From Calcarisporiella thermophila CBS 279.70 (taxonomy: Eukaryota; Fungi; Calcarisporiellomycota): 64,000 bases of DNA. This document shows positions 12,443 through 27,496 of this stretch, piece by piece (position 1 is the stretch's first letter; each line of letters begins with the position of its first letter). The position numbers were made by a program, and so were the translations under genes. The notes below the pieces were generated by a model. The model ran no database searches. It worked only from the letters and a program-made list of their open reading frames with translations, and had not been told where the DNA came from. The stretch is from positions 1,057,796-1,121,795 of the forward strand of contig NW_027192192.1 in NCBI RefSeq assembly GCF_041956535.1, written 5' to 3'.

Positions 12443-15400
12443 TTACGCTGATGCAGACACCGTCTTTTGTGCAAGCGTGATCTTGTCTCCAAGGCTCAGC
12501 GCAATGCCCTGCGTCTTACTCCTGATGCGCACATGCCCTGTGATGGGGCCATCGCCGGCCCGCTCGATGCTCAGATTGGCAAGCGCATCTTCCCCGAAGA
12601 TGCTCCGTGCGCACATATTGGCCGACAGGAAGCCGCAATCGCCGGAGAGCTGTGCCTCGGGGGTGAGGCAGCTCATATTGGTGGACTTCATGATATGCTC
12701 GAGGTAGGCACGCAGGTCCCTGTTGGCGGAGGAAGAGGAAGAAAAATTAATCCATGAGGGGTAGGGTAGGCAAGTGCGTAGGTCCAATGCTTACGTGATG
12801 TTGGTGTTCACGTTCACCTTGTTCTCCCACTCGAATTCCGTCCACATGCTGCGGAACTGCGTCTCCGTGCAGTAGGCCGGGTTGATGTAGTCCATAATGT
12901 CAATGTGGATGTCGTTGAGCACGACGCAGTTCGAGTCGCCGGCCGCCGACCCATCGTAGATGATGTTCCCGAAGATCACCCCGGTCTCGGTCGAGGACAC
13001 CTTGATGTTCGCCTTGATGCTGAGGAAGCTGTGCGGCCCCACGTTTTGTGATGCAGGTCGGCCCACCAATTTCAGGTCGCCGAGGGTCGCAAATTCAAGG
13101 GAGAGGTTCTGAAGGGTGTCGGCGGTCTGGTTGACGATCAAAATGTCTACATCCGAGGAGAGGGGGAGCAAAACCACATTAGTCACACGACTCATTGCGC
13201 CTAGAAAGCAGCCGGGTTGGCGGGCGGATTGGCGCTTACCTAGAAGAATGTCATACTGGTGCACGTTGACGTAGGCCTCCGCGTAGACCGGGTCGGAGAA
13301 GCCGGTCAGCTGCACAATTCGGTTGAGCTTCGACACCATATCGTCACGGGATTCCATCTGGCCGGTGGCCCGAATCAGATCCACCTCGTACTCGTCCGAG
13401 CCATCCACCGTGCGCTTCGCGAATTGGCGGAACGTGATGGCATCGTCCACCTGCACCGCCGACGGCGTGGACTCCTTGGCGCGCTTCTCGGCGCTGCGCT
13501 TCTCCTGGGCCTGCACAATCCGCGAGAAGGAGGCGCGTGTATCGTGCAGGTACACCTGAGCAATGTCCTTTGGAGACTCGAGCGTCTGCAGGCAAGTCAT
13601 GATGCGGTCGTACGAGTCCTCGTCAATGGGAGCCTGCACAAATGCAGAACGGCCCACGCGAATAATGCTCGTCATGATGAGCATTGCCTCGGCGCGAAGA
13701 GAGTTGACGCGCACAGCGTCGCTGCACAGCTCCGAGAACCGCAGTGCGAGCTTGGTGACCGCGGAGGCAAGCACTGCCCCCAGGAAGAAGTCTCCGCCCA
13801 GGATCAACGAGCGAAGCGGCGGCTTGGTGGCATTGGCGGTTTTGTCCCCACGGGTTGTCTGGGAGGTGAATGCACTCTCGGTCGCATAGGTTCCGTCAGG
13901 AAGGATGCGTCGTGCCGAGGCGGTTGGCTGCTTGTCGTTGGTTTTTCCGTTTTCAGCATTGGCTTCCGACTGCTGCTCCTCAAGCTGACGCTGCTCCGAA
14001 GCGAGGATTGGAATTTCGCCTAGGCTCTCACGGATCCGTTGCCACGCGGCTTCGATGGAAGGCAGGTCCGAGCAATACTCACCAATGATCCAAAGTGCGC
14101 CGCGGAAAACTTTTCCGGAGCGGATGTCGAGGAAGGTCTCCAGGAGGCGCTCGGTAATGGAGGGGCGCAGATCGGGGAACTTCTCGACAACCTCACGGAC
14201 AAAGGCAATCACGTCCACGGCAGACGGGTTTCCAGAATCGGCCAAGAACTCCATCAAGACATGCACGACGTTCGCCGCGACTTCTGAGAATTTGATGGCA
14301 CACGCGTGAATAGATTGGATGAGCAACTGGCGATACTCAAGGTTCTACAAAATGGTGACGGGTTAGAGTCGATTCGGCCCAAAGGTTTCCCCACGTCGGC
14401 ATGCATCCTTACCTTCTCATAGTCTTGATCGTGTGTTTTAGCGAGCTCTTTTTTGAGGAAAAGCACAACGTCCTGCACATTCTTGGTCGAGACCATTTCT
14501 AACACAATCTTCAAAGCTTTCCGGCGAACTTCAATATCGGGGCTGTGCAAACAAGCCAGTTGATATAGAAGGTGAGCGAATTTTTTTTTAAAAAGAAATG
14601 CTCCATCAGAGATCTCGCATTACCTGGACAGGACGCGCAGAATATCTATAACAAGATCGTCGAGTATGTGCTCGTGTTTGGAACGCAGCTCATCCAGACG
14701 GTCGAGAACAATAAGTTTCACGTTGTTATCCGATTTCTTGACAATGAGCTCAATGTAGCAAGAGGCAGCCGCTGTGAAAAGAGTAGAATTTGAAATAGGT
14801 TAGCCTCCGCAAAGAGATGGGTAACTCAACGACGATGTACCCTTCACTGCTGCGGGATTCCCAGTTAGTGCCATTAACGAGTTTGCTGCTTCATATTTGA
14901 CAGAGTGCGAGGACGCATTAAGCAGCTCGAAAATGCAGCGAATATATTTGGCGCGGTTGGCGGTATTTGTGCGGCAGTCTTTGCGAATGAGCTCGATAAT
15001 TGCAAGCTGCAGATGTTCATCGAAGCTTGGCACCTGGTTGAACACCTGGTTGAGATATTCGACCGCTCGAGCCTGTGCGCAATTACATAACATGACAAAG
15101 GCGTTGCGTTTACAGATCATGTCACCCTCCTATACAATGCAAATGTCGTCAATGGCCAGCGTGTTAATTAGCTGAAGGATATAATCTCACCGCAGCTAAG
15201 AAGTTATGAATTAGCTCGGGTGCATCAGGGACAAGGTAATCAAAGTGCTTGTAAATGGTGTAGATAGCAAATACTGCATTTTTGCGTACATATGAGTGGC
15301 GATGTTCCTAGATAGACATCTCCATAAGTATTCCAAAAAGAAAGCATCAGGCACGAGTGTAAGCAATACCAAGCAGGCACGGCATGAGGGTAGTAATGGC

Positions 15401-15891
15401 TCGAGCAGCTCGGGTTCGCGGAGCTTACAGAGGAACCGAAGGGTTGCACCGCGAATGTACTCATTTGGATGCTTAAGATCATTTTGTAAGAAGTTGCTAT
15501 TTCATTGAGAAAAGACAGGGAAGAGGATAAATAAAATTAGTCGACATCATTCAGGTTAAGAAGAGTTCCTCATGGTTGCAATTCCTCACCAAACTAAGAT
15601 CATCTCATGCTTAAGCTTTCCATCTGGATTTGTTTTGGGGCATATTTCCCAGTAAAAGTGCAGCAATTTCTTTAGGATTTTGTTTTTTGATGGCATCACA
15701 AATCGAATAACGTGCATCAGGAGCTGTGAGCCCGGGTCACCGTTGAGCATGGCAATTATCACTTTTTTCATCGTCTCAATCTTCACATCGTCTGAGCCTC
15801 TTTCGAGAGCAGTCTTGAGCTCTTGGATGGAAGGCTGAGTAAACTCGTCGCTAGGAGCGATGATGGTGTAGCAGGCATCGGTCGCTGCCAT
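12443..15891 (-). CDS. SEC26: Coatomer subunit beta (beta-COP)
   Basis: Multi-exon. Contains [49 protein letters not shown] and C-terminal [17 protein letters not shown]. Confidence 0.97.
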
Positions 15892-16096
15892 CTTTCATGT
15901 AAATTTGAAATGGGAGGATCTGTGGAGTAAACCCAGGTAAAGGTGAAGGTGGAAGCAATGAAAAAGCCCAGCTGCAATTTTCGCGTTCGAATACATCTGC
16001 AGACGTCACCAAAAATATTCCGAGGGAAAAAAGCAGTCGTGAATGGTCATCCTTTCTCGCTGCTAGAGAAAGGAACCGGTTCAATTACACTAGATT

Positions 16097-19000
16097 ATGG
16101 CAGACGCGGGCCGCAAAGAACCAAGGCCAATTAGGCGTCTAGACGAAGCAGTTGTCAATCGTATAGCGGCAGGCGAAGTAAATTTGCACCGATCTTGACA
16201 TTCTATCCGAAAATTCTAACTCAATGATAAAAATTTCGAATAATGGTTACGCGTTAGATCATAATTCGACCTGCTAACGCACTTAAAGAATTGATCGAAA
16301 ACTCGCTCGATGCTGGCTCTACCCAAATCCAGATACTTGTTAAAGACGGTGGACTTAAGCTCCTCCAGATCCACGACAACGGCCATGGCATTCGAGTAAG
16401 CGCCTTCTTTGCATTAATATACTTTCTTTTCTGTATCATGATTAATGCTACTAATGCTTGAATATAGAAAGAGGACTTAAACATTGTTTGCGAGCGCTTT
16501 ACCACCAGCAAACTCGAGAAATTCGAAGACCTCTCGAAAATTGCCACCTATGGATTTCGAGGAGAGGCGCTTGCAAGTATTAGTCACGTAGCCCACTTGA
16601 CCATCACAAGTAAAACTGCCGACTCCAAGTGCGCATATAGGTACGCCTTCGTTTAATTTATCTGGTTATAAAACTGCCAGTTGAAAAATTCTTCTTAGAG
16701 CCTACTATTCGGATGGAAAACTTGCTTCTTCGCGACCGGGAGCGAGCGCTGAGCCAAAGCCCTGTGCAGGAAACAATGGAACGCAAGTAACGGTGAGTTA
16801 TGTTAAAACGATCGTGTTTTTCAAACAGAGGCTGATTCTACGCTCTAATGACAACAGGCTGAGGATTTATTTTATAATGTCCCTATTCGACGTAATGCCC
16901 TGCGTTCTCCTTCCGATGAGTATAATAGAATCTTGGACGTGGTGAGTCGTTATGCGGTTCATAATGCTGGTGTTTCTTTTAGTTGTAAAAAGGTACGATA
17001 CAAACATAGGAACCTGGTTAGCGCTATTCTGATTTTTCTGGATGTAATTCCATTATAGCAAGGTTCCAATGCTGCCGATGTGCACACCTCTTCCGGTGCT
17101 AGTACAGTGGACAATATTCGACAGATCTATGGAACTTCTGTAGCCTCCGAGCTCCTTGAAGTGGAGAAGGAGTTTCCGAACTATGACTTTAAGTTGCGAG
17201 GATATGTGACTAATGCAAACTATAATATGAAATCCATGAAGTTTCTCCTGTTCATCAATCGTAATATCTCTTTATCAGCATCGTGGTTGACTCGGCTAAC
17301 CTTTCCCTCTCCCCATAACATTTAGATCGATCTGTGGATTGCACTGCGTTAAAACGAACTATCGAAAGCGTTTATAACGTCTATCTACCAAAGGGATCCC
17401 ATCCGTTTATCTATCTTTCCCTTGAAATTAACCCACGAAAAGTGGATGTCAATGTGCATCCCACGAAGAGTGAGGTGAGCAACTCTATGCTTTTTCTGTC
17501 TTCATCTTTGACTTAAATTATTTGTCCCATAGGTTCATTTCCTAAATGAAGAGGAAGTGATTGCCTCAGTAGGTGAAGCAATACAGGAGCGACTTGCGGG
17601 TGCGAATTCATCAAGAACATTTCTTGCACAAGTAATTCTATATCCTAATCTTTGAGTAGGGTTATTATTTACCAACACGCACGGTTTTTAGACAATTCTC
17701 CCAAGTGCAGATTTGCCAATGGAATTACCTCGCGAAGAGCGGGAAGCAAAAAAAGGTCCTCTTGCAAATGGTATACTATGTCAAACGTTGACCGACTTTG
17801 GAACCGTTATATTAATATTATAATTGCGTAAAAGACAAAGTGCTAGAGTACAAGATGGTCCGTACCGATACTAAATCACGTTCGCTAGATCGCTTCTTTC
17901 ATCCCTCAACTTCGGAGCAGGAACCACGGAAAAAGCAGAAAGTCTCCCGAGAAGATGAAGATGATTTTCGGGAGATTGGAGAGAAAAGCGTCAGTGCAGA
18001 GAAAGAGGACGTGGATATGGATGAGGGTGATGAGACAACAGCTGAGGAAAATGAAGTTGGCGAGCTGAATATGCCAGCTGCAAAGGAAAAAGGAAAGAGA
18101 ACACGAGTCGAAGTGCGATTAACTAGCGTTTTAACTTTGAGAAAGCAAGCCAAAGCTCAAGAGCATGCTGGTTAGCACCTAGTTTATTATTCCCTAAGAT
18201 TTTAGCTTATATATAATGCAATTTCCAATTGACAGGTCTCAAAGAACTCTTCTCCAACCACACGTTTGTTGGATGTATTGACGATGCTCTTGCCCTTGTT
18301 CAATATCAGACTAAGCTGTATCTGATTAACTACTGTGTCTTGAGGTAATTTCAATCGTCCACCGGCTTCTCTAATTTTGCTAAAACTCCATATCCTTGAT
18401 GTCGATTAGCGAGGAGTTCTTTTACCAGCTTGTCTTACAAGAATTCTGCAATCTTGGCTTCTTTCATCTCTCCGGGCCCGCTCCCATCTATGATCTTGTA
18501 ATGATTGCGTTAAAAGAAGAGGAAAAGAATGGGTGGCCGAGTGATCTAAAGCCAATGGATCAAATAGCAGAGGTAGTTTTGAAACATTTATCTCCTTTGA
18601 TGCGTTTGCTCGTTTACTATTATTTTTGTTTGCCTCTAGGATATTGTTGAAATGCTTGTATCTCGCCGCGAAATGCTGCTGGAATATTTCTCCATGGCAA
18701 TTTCAGAGGATGGAAACCTCGAAACTTTGCCCATGCTACTCAAAAAATACGAACCAAATTTAGACAAGTTACCAATGCTATTGCTACGCTTGGGTTCAGA
18801 GGTGACCAACATCTATAAATGTGTAGGCTTGGCATCAGTGTACTAATATACATGTATTTTAGGTCAATTGGGACACCGAAAAAGAATGCTTTGACACGCT
18901 TTCACGAGAATTAGCCATCTTCTATGCGACCGAGCCTCCTGTTTTGGATACAGATGATGTTTCTCCAACAAGTCCACTGACATCGGCCCATGAGTCAGCC

Positions 19001-19207
19001 CAAGCTATGGAAGAAGATTCGACAGAAGCGAGCGAGGACCCTGAGAAGAGAAAAAACGCCCATGCACGATACCGGTGGCAGGTGGAGCACGTACTCTTTC
19101 CAGCTCTGCGCTCTCGTTTTCATCCACCGCGCAAGCTGGCAGAGAGCCAACACGTTATTCTATTAACTGATTTACCTGCGCTATATCGTATTTTTGAACG
19201 ATGCTAG
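16097..19207 (+). CDS. MLH1: DNA mismatch repair protein Mlh1
   Basis: [50 protein letters not shown] and the diagnostic C-terminal FERC. About 13 GT-AG introns. Confidence 0.97.
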
Positions 19208-19559
19208 CAGTGGAATATTTTCTCAATTGAGATAACTGTACATATGCGTCGAATTACCATTTTATCTAATTTACAAATTGACAGTGAATTGTATTTACAA
19301 TTTCGAGGGTATTTTTTTTTGGAGCCCTCTCTTTTTTCCGTTTGCCTTTATCATATGCATCTAATCCGACCATTTAACGAAGCAAAAATTGAACTAGCTG
19401 TGTTCATGCTTTTGATATATTCGAATGCAACTTCACTCACAACCTCACGATCCTCTATTGCTAATATCAATAGATTCTCAATAATTTAGTTTTAGCTGAT
19501 CCATATACTTTTCATCACAAATCCAATTGGCTCAATTTGATTGAATAAAATTTAATACG

Positions 19560-19565
19560 ACGCGT
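19560..19565. promoter_or_regulatory. MCB-like element (ACGCGT) upstream of PSF1
   Basis: Perfect MluI box ~50 nt before the ATG of a replication gene, in AT-rich context. Confidence 0.45.
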
Positions 19566-19615
19566 TACTTTTTTATTCACTCTTTTTTATAACCTTTTTT
19601 TTGGGGGGGAGAAAA

Positions 19616-20248
19616 ATGTACGGGGAAGAAGCGACTAAACTCATACGCGAGACGAAACGGAATCAACACGCAGAATATCTCTTGCCCTATGATCACGACC
19701 GTGTACGTTCTGTTTGCCGAGAAAATCGCTCCCTCTACGAAGAAGCTCACCAGATTATAGGGAAGCTCAAAGTAATACAGAAGCAACTACAAACACAGGA
19801 TGAACACGATCCCCAAGTGAATCTCGCTCACTACAATGGACAACTGTGTTCCATTATGATCCATAAACTTGCCATTAATCGTAATAAGCGATGTCTAATG
19901 GCGTATCATCACCACCGGGTTAACCGTCTGCGTGAACTTGCATGGAAATTGGGCCGTCTACCTACCATGGATACGAACACCACGGTGACTTCAAGAGTCG
20001 AAGATGAGTTCTTTGCGCGATATATGGAACTTGTGCACCGCTACAAAACGCGTTATGCTGAAGTGGATCTCACCGCATCACTTCTGCCACCCAAGAATCT
20101 ATTTATTGAAGTCAGGGCACTCCGAGACTGTGGAGAAATACAGACAGAGAACGGTGTGCTCAATGTGACCAGAGGTAGCCAGTTCTTTGCAAGAAGAACG
20201 GATGTGGAACGGCTAATAACTCAAGGGTATTTAAAACATATTGCTTAA
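19616..20248 (+). CDS. PSF1: GINS complex subunit Psf1
   Basis: MYGEEATKLI, RNKRCLMAY, DLTASLLPPKNLFIEVRALRDCGEIQTE, VERLITQGYL. Intronless. Confidence 0.95.
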   Translation: MYGEEATKLIRETKRNQHAEYLLPYDHDRVRSVCRENRSLYEEAHQIIGKLKVIQKQLQTQDEHDPQVNLAHYNGQLCSIMIHKLAINRNKRCLMAYHHHRVNRLRELAWKLGRLPTMDTNTTVTSRVEDEFFARYMELVHRYKTRYAEVDLTASLLPPKNLFIEVRALRDCGEIQTENGVLNVTRGSQFFARRTDVERLITQGYLKHIA

Positions 20249-20734
20249 GTGTAGTGGCACGAATAATGTATGGAAAGCTATTTATTGCAAAAAATAATAC
20301 TTGTAAATATATACAACCAGTACTTACCCCGACTCTAAGCATATTACTGGAGATACACAAAGATCGGAAAGAGTGTTGAGAAAGGCGCATACAAATATAC
20401 ATGAACTTATAAATTTAGATACTTTTCCATTTTCAAGAGACTCGGCCCAAAAGTTAGCAAGCGGCGAGGTGTACCCTGAAAGCTCTAATGCAGACAAGAT
20501 AATCAAATAAATTCAGAAGGCTTATTCCACCTCATTAATGACTTTTTTAGTGTTAATGAGAATTTCAGTGACGTCGCGCAAGATAATCACACATCCAGGA
20601 GAAAAACTTGGTATTAGCATTTCCCCCATTAAATTTCAGGGCAACTACAGCGCTCTAATCTCCTTGCACATCCGACGGCTCATTCACGCGTTACGACTTC
20701 TAGTTTCCCAGATCATTCACATCATTTCTAAAAT

Positions 20735-21825
<1,091 letters not shown>

Positions 21826-22343
21826 TCGAAATTAATTAAACCGGGCAAATTTCAACATATAAGAATAAAGCGATAGAATTTCAAGAAGGCTGAGGGTGTG
21901 ATCTGAAATGAAAGCACAGACTCAGACTGGTCTTTAATTAGCTATGAATCGTATTTCAAAGCTTAAATCTAGCGGCCAAAACAGCTCGGGCACTGATTGG
22001 GCACTTTTTTTTGCCTTTTTTTCTTCCTTCGAACTTGACCTCCAAGTTGCCTCTTGCATTTTCGACACAATCACATTAGGATGAGTCGGCCATTTGCATC
22101 TTGTTCGTCTCCTCTCATCTAGTTGGCATCGCATATTTTGGTTTAGTTATTCTCTCTATACCTCTCCCCCGCTTCATTTTCATCTTCACACTTTAATATT
22201 TATAATTCCATTATCTACAAGCACAAAAACGAAAAATATACGGGTGCGGTTGGATCTTTGTACACATGCATCCCGTATTGCCATTATACAGATTATAATA
22301 TTTATACTCGATTCCTACTCACTCTCTTGGGACTCAGATCGTG

Positions 22344-24684
22344 ATGGGAAACTGCTGCTCAGAAGAAGAGATCGATTTCTCACAAGAAGGTTTGTTAAAG
22401 ACCTGTGTCAAGTGTGAATTTCCACTTATCTTCTCCTTTTTTTTTGCGAACAGTCGAGCTCAATCACTTCCTGCTCCTACGAAGTGTGGGAAAGGGCGCC
22501 TTTGGGAAGGTGCGTGTTGTGCAGCACAAGAAATCAAAAGAACTCTATGCCCTTAAATACATAAACAAGATGAGCTGTATTAAGATGCGCGCCACGGAAA
22601 ATATCATTTCAGAAAGAAGATTACTTGAATTTATTGATCACCCGTTAATTGTTAACTTACGCTATGCATTTCAGGTAATAATACGCCAACATATCGCCTT
22701 GGCAATCTATTTTACGTATTTTACAATTCATAGGACGATGAGAACCTCTTCATGGTGCTAGACTTGATGCTGGGTGGAGATCTCCGATTCCATGTACCTC
22801 TTCCCGTCTCTTCATTTCTCGTATATTCCCGACAGCTTTTAACGAATTCTGCTATTTTAGCTTGACCGGCAGGGACGAATGCGAGAAAACGTCGTGAAAT
22901 TCTATGCTGCTGAAATTAGCCTCGCACTCATCTACCTACACAACAAGAGAATTGTCCACCGAGATATAAAACCCGACAGTAATGATCCTGTGTTCCGGTA
23001 TTCATTCGCAACTAGCCTAAACCTTCCATTCTTTTTTACCTCGTCGTTAGATATTCTCCTTGACCAAAAAGGGCACGCGCACTTGACGGATTTTAACATA
23101 GCCGTTCACTATTCGAGTAAACCTTTGACCGCTATTGCTGGGTCAATGGCGTATATGGGTAGCTTGTCCATTGTCGTAGAATTTCTGTGTATATGGCTGA
23201 CGCATTTTCTGTGTGTTGAGTAGCACCTGAAATTTTGGCTAAAAAGGGATATTTTAATACGGTTGATTGGTGGTCATTAGGTATTCTAATATATGAGCTC
23301 TTGTTTGCAAAGGTAAACATGGATGGACCTAAAATCGATACAAGTACCAGCCTAATATTATCAATTTTATTTAGCGCCCATTTAAAGGGAAAAGCAACGA
23401 CGCTTTAAAGCATGCAATTTTGCATGACAATCTCAAATTCCCGGAGAACGCCGAGACGCTGGCATCACCCGAATGCATTGACTTTATTAAGAAATTAATT
23501 GAAAGAGACTATACCAAGCGGCTTGGGTGTGGGCCGGACGGTATTGAACGACTGAAGCAGCATCCATGGTTCGATGGAATTGATTGGGGCAGGCTGGAAA
23601 GGAAGGAAGTCGTACCACCTTTTGAGCCAGATGTAACTATTTTGTTTTTTTCGTTGCAATGGGTATATTTTCTCACCTCTGGTCGGTTAATCCTTAATAG
23701 TCCAAAAAAGCAAACTTCGATGCTACCCACGAGCTTGAGGAGTTATTGTTGGAAGAAAATCCCCTCCGAGTAAAAAAACGTACCCGCACTCAGCCTGGCT
23801 CACAAACTGGTCGCGAGCAGTTGCAGAGCACTGGATTGTCTCCACATTATGCCAAGATATTGTGCAGATTAGAAGAGCGCTTCCTTGTCTATGACTCCAC
23901 CAAAGTGGATGCAACACTGCGCCAGCGAAAGCGAAGTCATATTGCTACGCTCCCCTCCAACGCAGATCTTGCTGACGTCGTCGAGTCGAAATTCCAGTCC
24001 GGGCATGTGGCTGAGGAGCTTCACACTCCTAGGCGAGAGTCGGGGATAGTAGAGACTACGGAATTCGAGGTGGATTCGACGGAGGGGATAGAGGATACAG
24101 TTGCAATAGGGGGAAAGCTCAACATGCGGGACGTTAGAAAGAATTACTTGGGCTTTAATGAGGATGAGTGTGCGCATCTGATATCGCCGTACTTGGGGAT
24201 AGACGCCCCAGAATCGGCGCACCAAAAGGATGACTCCTCGCCAATGCACCCGCTGCAGCATGGAAAGCCTATTCCACCGATGCATCAGAACGAGTACCAG
24301 AATGGCCCCTCCATTCCTCTGCCACCCATTCCACCCACCCTCCATCTGCCATCTTCCTCAAAGGTTGCGGCCGATGACACAGCACTTCCTCCACGACCAC
24401 CTCGACACCCTTTGCATGGCAATCCCTTAGCGGACATTCATAGACCCAATTCTTCTAGACGACGACCTCAACCCCCCTCACCCACAACTCCTCACGAAGA
24501 TGGAAAATCCCTTATCAAATCTGCACCTACGGCGGCTATCCCCCCCCCGCCGGCTGCATTTCTCCCACCGACTACACCCCTCCCACCTACCACCCCCCTT
24601 CCCCCGGTTCCTGGGGCTCAAGTGGAAGAGCCTCCCATGGATATAAACTTGACACCGCAGAACTTGGAGTTGAAGTCTATTTAA
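22344..24684 (+). CDS. AGC-group YANK/STK32-like Ser/Thr kinase with proline-rich tail
   Basis: [28 protein letters not shown] (DFN in place of DFG, typical of YANK), [27 protein letters not shown]. Seven introns. Confidence 0.92.
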
Positions 24685-25672
24685 TGTTGCTTTTTCCATA
24701 CTAATTTTGTCACTTGTGAACATTTACTGTCAATTCTTGTCTGTTTATTTCTACTCTTATGTTACCTGTTGTCGATTGATTTTCATTTTTTTTTATTTCT
24801 CTCTTCATATTTTTTTTTTAATATCTGATAATACAATGTCTTCTACTAATTTATTCTGATATATGGGAGAATCTCGTGGAGATAAAATGGCTTTTGTATC
24901 CTCTATTATGGCTCAACTCCATGCTTTTCCTTGGCTAATTTGGCGAATTCAGTGTATCCGCCAATGAAGTTATAAGATCTAGTAGTGCCCTGTGACCATA
25001 ATCGCTTTATCCAAGAATAAGAAGACTCAGAAGGGGCACATCCTTCATAGATTATCGGGCTGGTTGAATGACGCTGCTGCTGCGCTTCAGGTATATTCTA
25101 TTTAAACAAGATATCAGACGAATATTGATACTTAAGTTTTATATAAAAATGATGACAGTCGATATACCTTCCAAATTTCCTGCACTCTATTCCTCCACTC
25201 CTCACGCTTGTAAGCTCGAACATTAACTTTGGCTTGATGATCTACAACTTTGTCTGCGATTTGGACTGCAGAATGAAAATAAGCACAGTTCAAAAATCCT
25301 TCCTAATTCGAGGAAGAAAAAAAAGATGAAATAGTTAGCCAAAAAGATAGAGACGATTATGCCAAAGCGTAACCTTACAATGTGATAACACACTTGGGAT
25401 TCCGACGTATGCAACGAGTTGGCCATAAATCTGCTCACCCTGCAACCGAATCAAAAACCGATGTAGACATAGAACAGAACATTGAAAACTTGAAAAAACA
25501 AACAGTCCCAAGATCATGGCAGTGTGGCTGATTTCTGCAGAGTGGCAAATTTTAACCATATGAGATAAGGCGTTGACATTCAAAATCGTTGTATTTAAGG
25601 CGGTTAGGAATTCCATCTCCTTATTGTCAAGAATTCAAACTTCATCCCAATCTATGGACCTAATTTCTCAGA

Positions 25673-27496
25673 ATGGCGCTCCAAAAACATTTCGATATCA
25701 ATGCGATTATTGAGAAGTCTCTATGTAATATAAAAACTCGCGAGCACCCTGAGCTAACTTCATTAGCGTATGCATCACGGTATGAGGTTGAAGAAATTCC
25801 AAAGGTATATCTCCCTATATACCAATGTCTGAATTGCACAGTTCATTATTAACCCATGTTTACCGACTAGTTTTCTCTACCTGAGAAACCGGTCGATCCT
25901 CGCGTAGCTTATCAAATGATAACAGATGAAATGGAAGTCGACGGTCGACCTCAGTTAAACTGCGCTTCCTTCTTGACGACGTGGATGGAGCCGGAAGCAG
26001 AGAAGCTCATAGTGGAGAATCTATACAAGAACTACGCGGATCAGGTAGCAAATACAGTATAGGTAATTACCCTACAGTCGTACTATAAACTCATTCAATT
26101 TAGGACGAATATCCTATGGTGCAAGAAATTTCCAAACGCTGCGTCTCGATGCTTAGCCGGCTGTGGGGAGCTGAAAAAGGTGGTGAGGCTATAGGCACCC
26201 CGACGGTGGGCTCCAGTGAGGGTGTTTTCTTAGGTGTGCTGGCGATGAAGAGGCGTTGGAAAAATCTTCGACGATCCCAAGGCAAAGATTTTTCTAAGCC
26301 CAACCTCATATATGGGCATGAGGTGCAGGTTGCCATCGAAAAGGCTGCAAATTATCTAGACATTGAAGCGCGAATTGTTGACGTGTCTGCCGAATCAAAT
26401 TATGTGATGGATCCGAAAGCAATAGCGGAGAAGGTCGATGAAAATACGATTGGAGTTGTGTGTGTGCTTGGGAGTACTTACACAGGCCACCTAGAGGATG
26501 TTGAAGGGATCTCAAAAGTGCTGGACAAGATAAATGCGGAGAGAGGGCTAGATGTGCCAATACATGTGGACGCTGCGAGCGGAGGCTTCATCGTACCCTT
26601 TGCTTTTGAAAATGTCAAATGGGATTTTCGGGTGAAACGCGTGGTAAGCATTAACGCATCCGGTCACAAGTATGGCCTGGTTTATCCCGGGTGCGGTTGG
26701 GTGATCTGGAAAAATTCAAAGATGCTATCCGAAGACCTCATCTACGAACTGCACTATCTAGGCGGCACCGAAGTAAAATTTCCATCTCTTCTCAGCTCAA
26801 GTGATACATTGCTAAAATATCCTGCTTTGGCTAGAAAACATACACCATCAACTTCTCGCGGCCTGCCTGTTTTATCGTGGCTCAATATTACATGTTTATC
26901 CGCCTGGGATTTGAAGGATACTGCAAAGTGATTTCCGGATGCCTTGACAATGCGCGTTTACTTTCTCGTTTTCTAGAAAAATCAACTTACTACGAGGTTT
27001 TGTCGGATGTACACCGGAATGAGGGCGGATCCAAAGAGGATCCATGCCAAGCCTCATCCGTGGACGCATTCACGCCAGCCCTACCCGTCGTTGCTTTCCG
27101 GTTTTCGAAGACGGTCAGGGAGAATTATCCTAACAAATCGCAATTTGCCATATCTAGCCTCCTTCGAACCCGCGGTATATTGGAAGAGTGCCCTTTTAAA
27201 TTCACACGCTTTGTACTTAATCTATTTCCGGTTAAATAGGCTGGATTGTGCCCAACTACTCTCTCCCACCCAAAGAAGACCAAATCCAGATTCTTCGCGT
27301 GGTAGTGCGCGAATCCATGCCCGAAGATGCTGTCGACCGATTTTTGCGGGATCTGATGTGGTGTACCGAGCTGCTGCTAGAGAATGGTTCGGGCGATCAA
27401 AAGTTTTGGAACAAGGTAGCGGGGGGAATGCCAGAAACCGAGTACACAATAGATATTGAGCCTCGAAAATCAAAAACCTATTCAAGAGCTTGTTAG
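25673..27496 (+). CDS. GAD1: Glutamate decarboxylase (PLP-dependent)
   Basis: DGRPQLNCASFLTTWME, DEYP, HVDAASGGF, PLP-lysine motif SGHKYG, VPNYSLP..LRVVVRE. Four introns. Confidence 0.95.
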
